A stretch of DNA of 64,000 bases. Origin: a virus (lineage: Duplodnaviria > Caudoviricetes). Below are positions 21,881 through 31,738 of this stretch, in pieces; the stretch's first letter is position 1, and each line of letters starts with the position of its first letter. The position numbers and the translations under genes are program-made. The stretch is from the IMG/VR virus record IMGVR_UViG_3300044712_000786, positions 138,705 to 202,704 of that record, one strand, 5' to 3'. The notes under the pieces are model-generated. The model made no database searches. It had not been told where the DNA came from and saw nothing but the letters and a program-made list of their open reading frames with translations.

Positions 21881-22131
21881 TAGAAGGACATAGGTTTGAC
21901 TATTTTCCCCTCAAAATAGGGGTCTGGAATTCTACACCAATAAGTTCCTTTACAGTCTTTCTTGGTTATCTGAAAACAGAACTCTTCGTTGTTAGCCCAA
22001 AGCTTTCCTTTGGCTCTAGTAACTTCTAAAACACATGGAGTGTGTTCTCCCTTATCCGTATACCAATAAAACCCTATAGAATCAGGAATTGTGTTTATCA
22101 TTTCTAACCGATAATGTGTTTCCATTCCCAT
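21880..22131 (-). CDS. hypothetical protein
   Basis: ORF track. Confidence 0.6.
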   Translation of the reverse strand: MGMETHYRLEMINTIPDSIGFYWYTDKGEHTPCVLEVTRAKGKLWANNEEFCFQITKKDCKGTYWCRIPDPYFEGKIVKPMSF

Positions 22132-22166
22132 ATTTTATAAAAACTTTTTACAAATACAAGATGAAA

Positions 22167-22457
22167 TTAAGACTTCCAATCTTCCCCCTCGTTAAGGTCG
22201 GGTAATTTTTTATCTAAAAAGTTCAGCATTTTATCCGCTGGACTAGTCTGTTTAGGTCGAAAATACCACCCCACGATATTTTTAGTAAAAATAAAAACAT
22301 CAGGAGTTGGCTTTACATAGAAAGATGGGTCATCTTTTCCGTTCTTGATGGCTTGCCTTAGAATCTCTTCATGCTTCTCTTTGTCATCAGCAAAAATTGT
22401 AAGTGGAATAAAATTTCCATTTAACAATATAATCATGTCTATAATTTCTTTTTTCAT
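22167..22457 (-). CDS. hypothetical protein
   Basis: ORF track. Confidence 0.65.
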   Translation of the reverse strand: MKKEIIDMIILLNGNFIPLTIFADDKEKHEEILRQAIKNGKDDPSFYVKPTPDVFIFTKNIVGWYFRPKQTSPADKMLNFLDKKLPDLNEGEDWKS

Positions 22458-22458
22458 G

Positions 22459-22704
22459 TTATCCTATATGATGTAGTCCTAAAGCCCCAAAATCGGACTT
22501 TATACTAGCAAATTCCTTCTCGTGCCGATACATCCAATCCTCTATCTCCTTAAGCCTCAATTCGATAGAGAGGGCATCTTTACGTGCTCTATAATCTTTA
22601 TAGGCTCCTTCTTCTTTTCTAGACTCACATTGAGAACACTTCCCATTGACATGCATAGTAATCTTACTACAATCGTGACAATGCCAATATTTTACGTAAG
22701 CCAT
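22459..22704 (-). CDS. hypothetical zinc-ribbon protein
   Basis: CHDC...CSQC. Confidence 0.6.
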   Translation of the reverse strand: MAYVKYWHCHDCSKITMHVNGKCSQCESRKEEGAYKDYRARKDALSIELRLKEIEDWMYRHEKEFASIKSDFGALGLHHIG

Positions 22705-22908
22705 TTATTCCTTTACTAATTTGAGTTCTCGGGTGACCTTAAGCCCAGAATCGATTATTTGATAAATATGAATAGAGTCCAAGGGCGTTTCGGGATGAAT
22801 ATTTTCTTCAAGATACTCTAATACATTATCCTCTGATACAAGCACGTAAGACGTAGTATCATCCCAATCGTTACAAACTACATATTCCTTTGACTGCTTA
22901 CTTGACAT
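22705..22908 (-). CDS. hypothetical protein
   Basis: ORF track; start set at MSSKQSK. Confidence 0.55.
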   Translation of the reverse strand: MSSKQSKEYVVCNDWDDTTSYVLVSEDNVLEYLEENIHPETPLDSIHIYQIIDSGLKVTRELKLVKE

Positions 22909-23176
22909 GTTTTTTGATTGCTTTTTTGATTTCATTTTGACAAAGTTCAAAGTAAGTAGTATAGTCTTCTTCGCTTTCCGCTTCCTCGGGCTGTTCGAAG
23001 TTTAGATGTTGGACAGTTCCACCAAAATACTCAACTATGCCGCTCATGTATTCGGTCCTAAAGTCCCCATCGTTTTCATGGATATAATCTACTAGCTTTT
23101 CCCCATCTTCCGAAACAAAGAAGGTCCCCCAGCACGCATGAAACATCCACAATATTTTTAGTTTATTTTTTGACAT
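22898..23176 (-). CDS. hypothetical acidic protein
   Basis: ORF track. Confidence 0.65.
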   Translation of the reverse strand: MSKNKLKILWMFHACWGTFFVSEDGEKLVDYIHENDGDFRTEYMSGIVEYFGGTVQHLNFEQPEEAESEEDYTTYFELCQNEIKKAIKKHVK

Positions 23177-23888
23177 AAAGCTTCTTTAACCTATGAGGGG
23201 TAACTTTTGATACTCTCCACCCCTTGTGAGCTAATAACAGTCCTAGAGCCGCCTTTCTAAATCCGCTATAATCTACGTTTTTATCAATTGCTCTAGCTAT
23301 TTCAGCTATATTATCAGAGCTAACATTCTTACGCCCCTTTTTGAAAGTAACCACATATTTGCGTCTTTCTGGTTTCACATTTTTTGGGCGATTTCCGCTT
23401 AAGAACAAGCCTGCATAATAAGGTATCTTGCCATCTAGTAACATCTTAATCTTAGTAGGAGACTTGCCGTATTCTTTACAAAACTTGATAAAATTGTCAA
23501 ATTTATATGTATGACCATTAATATCCTGAAGCCAGTAAGTGACTTTAGGTATCGGCAAGTGCCACCCCTTATGGTGGAACCTTTTACCATTAAGAATGTC
23601 TGCAAAATGGAACCTAGCATTCCTTCCCAGTTTTACGCTCTTACAGAACTTAGTAATTGATTTGGCGCTAATTACTCGACCATCTTTAAAGTTCTGTAGA
23701 GTGACGGGTTTACTATTCAACTCACTCGTATATTTAACGTGGCATTCTTTACATTTATGTTTCTTAGCACGAGGAATATAGGCAGTCTTCGCTTCTTTTA
23801 CCTCCCCGCATAAGTCGCACATGAAAATGTGAACCTTATTTGGGTTCTTACGAGTAGCTGTTAGTGGAATATAACTCTTAATATACAT
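23163..23888 (-). CDS. Zn-ribbon plus three NUMOD/IENR-like DNA-binding repeats
   Basis: CDLC...CKEC; repeats such as SITKFCK...ILNGKRFHHKGW. Confidence 0.55.
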   Translation of the reverse strand: MYIKSYIPLTATRKNPNKVHIFMCDLCGEVKEAKTAYIPRAKKHKCKECHVKYTSELNSKPVTLQNFKDGRVISAKSITKFCKSVKLGRNARFHFADILNGKRFHHKGWHLPIPKVTYWLQDINGHTYKFDNFIKFCKEYGKSPTKIKMLLDGKIPYYAGLFLSGNRPKNVKPERRKYVVTFKKGRKNVSSDNIAEIARAIDKNVDYSGFRKAALGLLLAHKGWRVSKVTPHRLKKLYVKK

Positions 23889-24764
23889 CTACACTTTCCT
23901 ATTCTTAAACTTAATTTCTAAGAGCCCGTCCTTAGTCTCTGTTTGAGCGTCAATAAACATAACTGGATATTTACCCTTTACTAGCTTATAGATTTGATTG
24001 TAAATATACCTTATTTCCCATTCGGCGTGTTCACTAGTCCTATTTTCTATAGTATGTCTGAGCGAACGAATGTTCAAGGTTACACCCATTTCATTGCTTT
24101 GACCGTTGGGAAGCATCCGCCTCATGGCACTCGTCAGCTTCTTCTTAAGAGCGAATTCCTTTACTTGTTCAATGCCCAAACGCTCTTCCATTCTCTTATA
24201 CCAGCTTTCGAGATATTTTCTCGCCTCTTCCACTAAATCATAAGCTGGCTCTAGGATAGGGTCAATAACGACATTTAAAACGTCGCTCCTGACATAGCGC
24301 CCAGAAGTTTGAGAGAAGGCTGTTCCTACCCTATGGCGAACCAATTCATGAGTAAAAATCCTGCTACAGTTTGTTACCATGAAGTTCAGGTTACAGTGCT
24401 CTAAAACACTCCCATGCCCACTATCTAAAATACCTATTATATTGTTATAAATATCCCTAGTCTTAGAGATATTCTTATTCTTTTTCGTGGTTAGGGAAGA
24501 ATAGCAAGCTTTAGCATAGAAGCTACATAGAATCTCTCCCCCATTTAGTCCTCTATCTTGGGCTTCCTTTATATCTTGAAGAAATTCAAGCTGGTCAGTG
24601 TCAGTTAAATACTCTGTTAGGGCATCTAAATCTACGGCTGTATAGCCTATAAAATATGTTTTCGGTAATACAAAGTGTTTATTCATTCTCCAATTTATTT
24701 CTTCAAAGCCGTTTCGATATTTTGTATAATCAGTTTTCCGCCACTTATCGCCTTTTCCATTCAT
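23889..24764 (-). CDS. thyX: FAD-dependent thymidylate synthase
   Basis: GHGSVLEH; SRIFTHELVRHRVGTAFSQTSGRY (RHRX7S). Confidence 0.92.
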   Translation of the reverse strand: MNGKGDKWRKTDYTKYRNGFEEINWRMNKHFVLPKTYFIGYTAVDLDALTEYLTDTDQLEFLQDIKEAQDRGLNGGEILCSFYAKACYSSLTTKKNKNISKTRDIYNNIIGILDSGHGSVLEHCNLNFMVTNCSRIFTHELVRHRVGTAFSQTSGRYVRSDVLNVVIDPILEPAYDLVEEARKYLESWYKRMEERLGIEQVKEFALKKKLTSAMRRMLPNGQSNEMGVTLNIRSLRHTIENRTSEHAEWEIRYIYNQIYKLVKGKYPVMFIDAQTETKDGLLEIKFKNRKV

Positions 24765-24955
24765 TTTAATACTAGTAAAATAACAAGATAGATAATCCAA
24801 ACAATAGCCATGGGGAAGAACCAGAAGAGCCTGAATATCATTCCAAAATCAAAGTCGCCAGAACGCTGATAGGGGCGAAACATCTGAAATAGGAAGAATA
24901 GCGTAACCCCAAGGACTAAAGCTAAATGCCAAGATAACATATTAGTAGGACGCAA
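24761..24955 (-). CDS. small membrane protein
   Basis: Two hydrophobic segments. Confidence 0.6.
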   Translation of the reverse strand: MRPTNMLSWHLALVLGVTLFFLFQMFRPYQRSGDFDFGMIFRLFWFFPMAIVWIIYLVILLVLK

Positions 24956-26030
24956 TCTTTAGGTTTCTTACTGGGAAACTGACCGTATTAGTAGAAGTCA
25001 AGGGTGGCGTATAAGATATTTCTGTCGCATAATCGCTTTCTAATACTTCTCCAACTACGGCAGTTACAGTAAAATAATATTGGACTCCACGAATCAAATT
25101 CTGGACCGTGAACGGATTTGACATAGTATCCAATGATTGTGAGTATGAACCAGTATGAGTGCCACAGTAAACACGATACGAGGTTAGGTTAGGGTCAACA
25201 TTATAATTCCATGCTAGGGTAACTTCACCAGCATCGTTTGAAGGCTCATTCTGCTTGGCAATGACCTTAAAGAACATCATGGGGGCATTAATATCAAAAT
25301 TCGCTGAATTAGTAACAGTATTAGTTAAAAAAGCCCAATTTAAGAAATTGGTAGTCGTAAAGATATCGTAAGTAGAATTAATCTCTGGGCTCCAATTTAA
25401 TAAGACCTTCGTTTTCTTGGGGGGTGGAGACGATGGAATATAACTGAATACACTAAAGGTATCAACGTCAAAGAAGTATGCTTGATTTGCGTGGGTATAG
25501 ACAGTCACAAAAGGGCGACCCTCGCTCAAAGAGGTATCCGTTACATTCGCAACAAGTGTCCCGTCAAGATACGTCTTTATATTGGAGTTGGTGGCTTCTA
25601 CCCTTATGGTGTGCCATTCCGTTCCGACGCTGGCGAAATATTTAGTATCGAGAACTTCCCAAGTATCCCAGTTGGAATATTTCTCTAAAGTGATTCTACC
25701 ATCGATAGAATCTCCATAGATGCACATGCTATAGTTTGCTCCATTGGTGGAATTCAGTCTTACGCCAATTCCAGCGCAATAGCCGAGAGTATTAAACCTA
25801 ACCCTTGCCTCAACCGTATAGTTGCTGTAAGAGCTATCGAGATACATGTAAGAGAAACCATCGGGAACAGTCCCTCTAAGCATACCATCTGTGATAGACC
25901 AACTCCCAGCGGTATTACTCCATCTAGACGTATTAGCGTCTGTAGAGAAATCATCGTAATATAAATTATTTGTAGCCGCTGACAGTTTAAACGCTACAAG
26001 AAGAGCAGATAATGCAATAACTTTTTTCAT
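24942..26030 (-). CDS. secreted ConA-like lectin (DUF1080-like) + FN3 protein
   Basis: Signal peptide; YDDFS...WSITDG...WHTIRVE...YLDG; C-terminal VTLAWN...YRVYCG...YYFTVTA. Confidence 0.7.
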   Translation of the reverse strand: MKKVIALSALLVAFKLSAATNNLYYDDFSTDANTSRWSNTAGSWSITDGMLRGTVPDGFSYMYLDSSYSNYTVEARVRFNTLGYCAGIGVRLNSTNGANYSMCIYGDSIDGRITLEKYSNWDTWEVLDTKYFASVGTEWHTIRVEATNSNIKTYLDGTLVANVTDTSLSEGRPFVTVYTHANQAYFFDVDTFSVFSYIPSSPPPKKTKVLLNWSPEINSTYDIFTTTNFLNWAFLTNTVTNSANFDINAPMMFFKVIAKQNEPSNDAGEVTLAWNYNVDPNLTSYRVYCGTHTGSYSQSLDTMSNPFTVQNLIRGVQYYFTVTAVVGEVLESDYATEISYTPPLTSTNTVSFPVRNLKIASY

Positions 26031-26260
26031 AAATTTCCATCAAAAACACAATCGCAGGGAACATATTCATTAGTTCTTATATTAATACCAATATGGCCCC
26101 GTCCATGACACTTTTTACAATTATCCTTAGGCTCTCTCTTAAGCTTTACTAGCTTTCCCTTTTCTTTCCCTAGGGAGACGTTAAGCTCTTTTAGTTTTTT
26201 GAGCTTATCCGCAGCCTCGTCATCTTCTATGACAATGATTCGTCCTGTTCCAGTGTCCAT
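26027..26260 (-). CDS. small Zn-finger protein
   Basis: CKKCHGRG...PCDC. Confidence 0.65.
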   Translation of the reverse strand: MDTGTGRIIVIEDDEAADKLKKLKELNVSLGKEKGKLVKLKREPKDNCKKCHGRGHIGINIRTNEYVPCDCVFDGNL

Positions 26261-26280
26261 ATCAAATATTATGGGTAATT

Positions 26281-26853
26281 TTACGGATTGGCAAGACTTT
26301 GTTTTGGGATTAAAACAGCCTTTGTATAATCTGGCTCATACATAACTAAATTATAATTTATCTCATTAAAATGATTTATAGCTGCTTTTAACTCTTCTAT
26401 TCCCTTAAAACTCTCATAATCAAAATCTTCATAAGAGTTTTCGGATATGCGCTGTAACTCATTATCTATATCGAAGTTACAGAAGTGTATCTTGTTACAA
26501 GCCCAGACGTATTCTGGGATATCGCACTCTTCATATTCGCAAAGCTCTAGAAAAGAATCCAAGTTCTCAGAAAAGTTGTTATTCCATCCTAGACCATCGC
26601 AGTAAACCCATCCGTCCCAAGAAGTTACCTTTTCAGCCTTTTCAAATCGAGCCTTTTCTCTATCCTCCCGCTCCTTTTCTATACAAGGGCGACATTGGAA
26701 GTATCCTTTTTCACAAATAGTTCCACATTTGCACTTCCTAGGAGAACAACACTCTTCCGCCTGTTCTTTAGTTCGAGCTACGATACGGCATTTCTCGCAG
26801 TAATAAATACCAGCGGACTTACCGTCTTGGTGATATAATTCAATTGCGTTCAT
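26281..26853 (-). CDS. hypothetical Cys-rich protein
   Basis: ORF track. Confidence 0.7.
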   Translation of the reverse strand: MNAIELYHQDGKSAGIYYCEKCRIVARTKEQAEECCSPRKCKCGTICEKGYFQCRPCIEKEREDREKARFEKAEKVTSWDGWVYCDGLGWNNNFSENLDSFLELCEYEECDIPEYVWACNKIHFCNFDIDNELQRISENSYEDFDYESFKGIEELKAAINHFNEINYNLVMYEPDYTKAVLIPKQSLANP

Positions 26854-27160
26854 TATTTTTTGAAATACAGTATTCTCCGTTTGTTAATCGATAAATCTGA
26901 GCATTAAAACAATCCAACATCTTATCTCTTCTTTCTAGAAACCGCTTATACTCTTCATCATTAGGGTCAGTCGTATAAAAATAATATTGACTAAAAAAGC
27001 CATTTGGATATTTATTAGGAAAAGTCACAGAAAAGCATACGATATCATACTTCTTACATAAATCATTTAGTTCTTTTTGTTTTTCTATTACTTCTGCGCT
27101 AACATCATCAAAATCATCGGTATTGCCCGAACCCATTCCATAAATGTAATTTATTTGCAT
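26840..27160 (-). CDS. hypothetical protein
   Basis: ORF track. Confidence 0.6.
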   Translation of the reverse strand: MQINYIYGMGSGNTDDFDDVSAEVIEKQKELNDLCKKYDIVCFSVTFPNKYPNGFFSQYYFYTTDPNDEEYKRFLERRDKMLDCFNAQIYRLTNGEYCISKNNERN

Positions 27161-28149
27161 ACAATCCAGTCACTATTTTTAAAACATTTTAAATCTTTGC
27201 CTCCTGCGTAGCTAATTCCAGAGGCTATTCCGTCTCTAATCTCTTGCATTCTTTGATTAATAGTAGAAGAAGAGTCTAATTCAATAGCAAATCCCTCTAC
27301 ATTAGATTTAGATTGTGTAGCTTCATACGAAGTAGAGCCCCTATAAAGCTTCTTATTTCCGACTTTCTTAGCTGGGGAATCAGAGCACGAAGCGAAAAGC
27401 CCCCCGCACATAACCATATCTGCTCCAGCTACTAGAGCTTTATTAATATCCCCTATATCTTCAATACCCCCATCGGCTATTATAGGAATTTGAGGATGCA
27501 TAAAATAAGCATTCTGCGATACTATGTTTTGCACACATGAAAACATCGGCATGGAAAACCCAGTCTTCATCTTAGTGCTGCAAATACGTCCAGAGCCTAT
27601 TCCCACCTTAACGGCATCAGCGCCAGCTTTTACTAAAAATCTGTATCCTTCGTAAGTGGCTACATTGCCAGCTATTACCTTAGTTTCTGGGAAGTTTTTC
27701 TTAATATATTCTATCCTTTTGGCTACCTTAATATGATGGCCATGGGCAACATCAATGGTAATAAAATCAACTCGGTATGATTCAGACTTTATGAGACTCA
27801 AGATTTTTTGGGTGTCTTCGTTTACTCCAGTGCTAATACTAATCAAGGGCAAGTCTAACAAGTTAGCCATACATACTAACTTATAAGTAACATCTTGTTG
27901 TAGTTGTCCACTCGCTATAATCTCTCTTAACTCGGGAGGATTAAAACGATGCATGATATAAAAATATCCGCTTTCCGACAGTTCTTTAGCAACATCCTCA
28001 TTTATAACATCTTGCATGTTAGAAGGAACAACGGGAAGGTTAAATAAAAAGTCACAGAAACTTGCTCTAGTATCCGCTAGAGACCTAGAAGGAAGCTCGG
28101 AATACTTCGGTATCAATAAAACGTCTTTATAATTTAGATTATACTCCAT
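27151..28149 (-). CDS. guaC: GMP reductase (IMPDH/GMPR family)
   Basis: TIDVAHGH, IAGNVAT, GADAVKVGIGSGRICSTK, IIADGGI. Confidence 0.85.
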   Translation of the reverse strand: MEYNLNYKDVLLIPKYSELPSRSLADTRASFCDFLFNLPVVPSNMQDVINEDVAKELSESGYFYIMHRFNPPELREIIASGQLQQDVTYKLVCMANLLDLPLISISTGVNEDTQKILSLIKSESYRVDFITIDVAHGHHIKVAKRIEYIKKNFPETKVIAGNVATYEGYRFLVKAGADAVKVGIGSGRICSTKMKTGFSMPMFSCVQNIVSQNAYFMHPQIPIIADGGIEDIGDINKALVAGADMVMCGGLFASCSDSPAKKVGNKKLYRGSTSYEATQSKSNVEGFAIELDSSSTINQRMQEIRDGIASGISYAGGKDLKCFKNSDWIVCK

Positions 28150-28490
28150 TATTTGTCTCCTAACATAATCGTCTTGTCGGGAAAAACTATACTTACACGA
28201 TTTTGACGAAGCTCATCTTTTAAAATTTCCGCTAGCTCAACCGCCCGTTCGTAGATAACTTGTTCTGTAACAGGAAATCTAGGATAATTTATTAAACCAA
28301 CTATTACTCCATCCTCGTATCCATCCTTATAATAGAACTTAGTAGGAGTTACAGTAACACATAAACCAATTTTATTAACAAATTTCCAACAAAGTTGTTC
28401 CGCGAAAGTTAGCGCATATGTGGTTCCATCATATCCTTCTTTTAAACCACAGTAAATAGTAGCAGTATAAGTTTTACAAGTGTGCATCAT
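28149..28490 (-). CDS. hypothetical protein
   Basis: ORF track. Confidence 0.7.
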   Translation of the reverse strand: MMHTCKTYTATIYCGLKEGYDGTTYALTFAEQLCWKFVNKIGLCVTVTPTKFYYKDGYEDGVIVGLINYPRFPVTEQVIYERAVELAEILKDELRQNRVSIVFPDKTIMLGDK

Positions 28491-28990
28491 ACATTAAATA
28501 CCTTTCCATCGTTAAATCCTTCTAAATTAAGGGTTTGTGAAACCGCATATATTGGAATGTCAGCTTCCTGAAACATAACGGAAGCATACCCGACAGACTC
28601 TTTCCAAGCAGAAGACTCCATATCTGGCCATTGGCTATGAATATAGATATCTTTTATTCCAGCGTTAATAATGCTTTTTGCACAATTATGACAAGGAATA
28701 CCTTGAGTATAGAGAGTCGCTCCCTCCGTTGATACCCCAAGCCTAGCTGCATTTAAAATAGAATTTGTTTCGGCGTGACAAACGAAAATTTGCTTTAATT
28801 CTCTGTTCTCATATCTGCTTAATTCGTCTTTAACTTTTCTAGGAAACCCATTATAGCCCTCAGAGAATATAGAATTGTTTTTTACTAAGACGGCTCCTAT
28901 TTTCGTCCTCGGGTCTTTAGACTTCAAAGCAATTAAATAAACGTGTCGCATGAAGAGTTCATGCCAAGACATTCTCTTAACTAAATCCAT
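28487..28990 (-). CDS. dCMP deaminase
   Basis: SKDPRTKIGA, GYNGFP, HAETN, PCHNC. Confidence 0.9.
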   Translation of the reverse strand: MDLVKRMSWHELFMRHVYLIALKSKDPRTKIGAVLVKNNSIFSEGYNGFPRKVKDELSRYENRELKQIFVCHAETNSILNAARLGVSTEGATLYTQGIPCHNCAKSIINAGIKDIYIHSQWPDMESSAWKESVGYASVMFQEADIPIYAVSQTLNLEGFNDGKVFNV

Positions 28991-28996
28991 TATCTA

Positions 28997-29025
28997 AAAA
29001 TAACAAGATATTAAGGATATGTCAA
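28997..29025 (-). promoter_or_regulatory. sigma70-type promoter
   Basis: TTGACA-N17-TATTTT before dCMP deaminase. Confidence 0.55.
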
Positions 29026-29483
29026 TGGTTTGATAGTACTTTATTAATAAAGACTATATTAAGCGCCCTATCAACATTCCTACCCCCTGCCCAAACCCCC
29101 CCTCCCCCCATTAGTAGACTTAATGAGGCGAAAGAGAGTAAACCCTAGGCGTATAGTTTTTTTATTAGTAAAGCAATAAAAATACTGAATCTCACTTTAT
29201 CCTCTCCGCCTACAAGCTATTTGCCTGCCCCTTAGAGAGTTGTCTTTATTTTACCTCGCGACCATATAGCTTCCCATGGAACCTTCCCTCGGTTCCAGCC
29301 AAATCTGACGAGTCAAAGCCTCAGTTTTGTTTAAGCTGTCTTCGGGAAACAGCGCGGTTCATTTACAACCGCTTTAAAAGAACAAAAAAATGCCGCAATC
29401 TTTTTTAAACAATTACGGCATTTGTGATATCTGACATTCAAGCTATTCTTACACGCACTTAAGGAAAATCCAAGAGAATTTTT

Positions 29484-29993
29484 TTAACTCCTAGAATGTC
29501 CCCATCCTCCTTCTGCTCTCTGGCTATCGGATAATACGGAAACTTCTTCAAAATTTACGTCCTCGTATTTTCTAAAGATAATTTGAGCTATGGCATCGCC
29601 AGCTTTGACTTCCCACATGTCGCTAGAGCCAAAATATCTGTCTATAGAGACATTTGTATAATCATCTTTAGCAATGGCGGATAACCAAGATTCCAGCCAT
29701 CCCCTACCATTCAGATTGACCGCTACAACCCCCACTTCTCCCCTGTAGCCAGAATCAATCACGCCAGCTAGGATATGTATGCCTCGTTTAGCGGCATGGC
29801 CGCTTCTATCGCAAATCTTGCCATAGTATCCTTGGGGAATTTCTACGGCTATCCCAGTGGGAATAATTTTTCTCTCAAATGGCGCTAGCTTAAAGCCTTC
29901 TGGGGTAAACAAATCATATCCAGCGTCACCCTCCTTAGCTTTTTCGGGGCAACGTGCGTTTGAATGTTTTTTTAAAAAATTTATCTTAAGCAT
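29484..29993 (-). CDS. dut: trimeric dUTPase
   Basis: AGYDL, RSG, GVIDSGYRGE, AIAQ, RAEGGWGHS. Confidence 0.93.
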   Translation of the reverse strand: MLKINFLKKHSNARCPEKAKEGDAGYDLFTPEGFKLAPFERKIIPTGIAVEIPQGYYGKICDRSGHAAKRGIHILAGVIDSGYRGEVGVVAVNLNGRGWLESWLSAIAKDDYTNVSIDRYFGSSDMWEVKAGDAIAQIIFRKYEDVNFEEVSVLSDSQRAEGGWGHSRS

Positions 29994-30228
29994 CGGCTAG
30001 TTTATAAATTTTTGAAGGAGCGCCCTTAAAGCCAGTTCTATTTTCTACGAAAACAAGAACTCCTTTATTAATGTCTTTATTAATACGGACTTGGATGCCT
30101 ACTTTCGACAATTTGACCCCTTGTTTTAAAAGGTATTGTTCGGCCTCGTTCACGGTAAATGGAACATCAGGCCACTGAATGTTTGCGGGTCTACGACCCC
30201 TTTGTTTATTTAATAAAGTTTCACTCAT
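29986..30228 (-). CDS. hypothetical protein, possible winged-helix
   Basis: ORF track; first gene of the left arm. Confidence 0.6.
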   Translation of the reverse strand: MSETLLNKQRGRRPANIQWPDVPFTVNEAEQYLLKQGVKLSKVGIQVRINKDINKGVLVFVENRTGFKGAPSKIYKLADA

Positions 30229-30301
30229 ATTATTAAATTAATAGATATTTGGCTGTCCATCAAGCTTTTTTAGAAAAAAAAGATTAGACAGCTATAATGT
30301 A

Positions 30302-30700
30302 ATGATGACTACAATAGAATCTTGCTCAAAACTTTATGAATGGTTCGCTAAAAACGATACATTTTCTTTAAAAAATCTAAAAGACATTGCTCATGTTTCG
30401 GATAACCCATCTGCTGACGAAGCATCTATCTTATCTGCCCTGTCTGAATTTGACAAATTGGGATTAGTTATTTGTCAAAAAGTCAAGGACGAAAACTATT
30501 GGGTTTTAAAAAGGCCGTTTTCTAGCATGGAGCAAACAGTCAACATCTCCGCAAATACCGCGCTTAGCTTAGCAAACTTCATCAATGAAATTTGTGACTA
30601 CAATAAATCAACTGAAAACTATGCGAATCCCTTGGAGATTAGAGAGAGGGATATTCAGTTTCTTTTGTATTTATTAAATGAAAAAGAGGAAGAAAAATAA
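30302..30700 (+). CDS. hypothetical protein
   Basis: ORF track; first gene of the right arm. Confidence 0.7.
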   Translation: MMTTIESCSKLYEWFAKNDTFSLKNLKDIAHVSDNPSADEASILSALSEFDKLGLVICQKVKDENYWVLKRPFSSMEQTVNISANTALSLANFINEICDYNKSTENYANPLEIRERDIQFLLYLLNEKEEEK

Positions 30701-30741
30701 CTAATTGACAAGAAATACAAAACGTTTATACGCTAATTAAA

Positions 30742-31365
30742 ATGATTAAAGTCATTGGTATCGGTGGAGTAGCTCGGTCTGGTAAAGATACTTTATGTAA
30801 GTATCTGCAAGATAAATTTCCAGACTATATTACTCGCTTTGCGTTAGCGGATGAATTAAAACTAGATTTGAATGAATTTCTAAAGTCCAAAACCAATATC
30901 TCCGCATTTACTGTTGACCCGAAAGAGAAGACTCTAATAAGGGACTTACTAGTTGCCTATGGCAAAATTAAGAGAGAGCAGTCTCAGGGGAGATACTGGA
31001 CATCCTTGTTACAGCCTAAAATAGACGAATGTATTAGAAATGGCGGGGTTGCTGTTGTCACAGATATTCGTTATGACTTTTATCCCGAAGATGAGCTATT
31101 TTGGCTTCTGAACGTTAATCGTGGAACATTCATCCATGTTACTAGAACTGATGAAGCGGGTCAGATAATTTCGCCCCCCAACAAGGATGAGGAAATTAAT
31201 AACCCTAAGCTCATGGCTAAGTGTAATTATCAGATAGTTTGGCCTACTTTTAAACAATCCTCTGATTTGGATTATTTTGTTAACAATAAGTTGGGGACAC
31301 TACTGAGTAATTTGAGTAATCAATATGGACAATTCAAGCAAAGAGTTACCCGCCAACTCCAATAA
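30742..31365 (+). CDS. deoxynucleoside monophosphate kinase
   Basis: GGVARSGKDT, FALADELK, R.LL.AYG, VTDIRY..E. Confidence 0.8.
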   Translation: MIKVIGIGGVARSGKDTLCKYLQDKFPDYITRFALADELKLDLNEFLKSKTNISAFTVDPKEKTLIRDLLVAYGKIKREQSQGRYWTSLLQPKIDECIRNGGVAVVTDIRYDFYPEDELFWLLNVNRGTFIHVTRTDEAGQIISPPNKDEEINNPKLMAKCNYQIVWPTFKQSSDLDYFVNNKLGTLLSNLSNQYGQFKQRVTRQLQ

Positions 31366-31738
31366 AAAAGAAGTCTTTATTTTTGTTAGAAAGCCTACTC
31401 GACCCGTCTTTCTTAGAGAAAGCTTTCTAGATGATGAAAAAACAAGAGCCCTTAATCAAAAAGGGTGGATGTTTACCTTGAATCTAGTTAAAAATATTAA
31501 AGAAAATAGAACCGCCGCCTCCATAATGATTTATGACGTAGACTTAGTAGAAAAACCCACAGCACAATTTTATTCTATATCTAATACGGAAGAAATGAAT
31601 GCGGTATTAGCGGTTCCAAACAACATGTTTGAACCATTTGAAAGTGATGTATTTACGATTAATGGAAAATACAATGATATAGAAGTGGGAAAGCTTATTG
31701 AAGAATGGACTATAGCAAATTCTCAGACGCAGAACTAA
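31325..31738 (+). CDS. hypothetical protein
   Basis: ORF track. Confidence 0.6.
   Translation: MDNSSKELPANSNKKEVFIFVRKPTRPVFLRESFLDDEKTRALNQKGWMFTLNLVKNIKENRTAASIMIYDVDLVEKPTAQFYSISNTEEMNAVLAVPNNMFEPFESDVFTINGKYNDIEVGKLIEEWTIANSQTQN

Noticed and set aside
29305-29350. Hammerhead ribozyme (CTGACGA...GAAAC)
   Set aside because: Stem II cannot close (G opposite G before GAAA) and no stem I/III with a UH site could be built.
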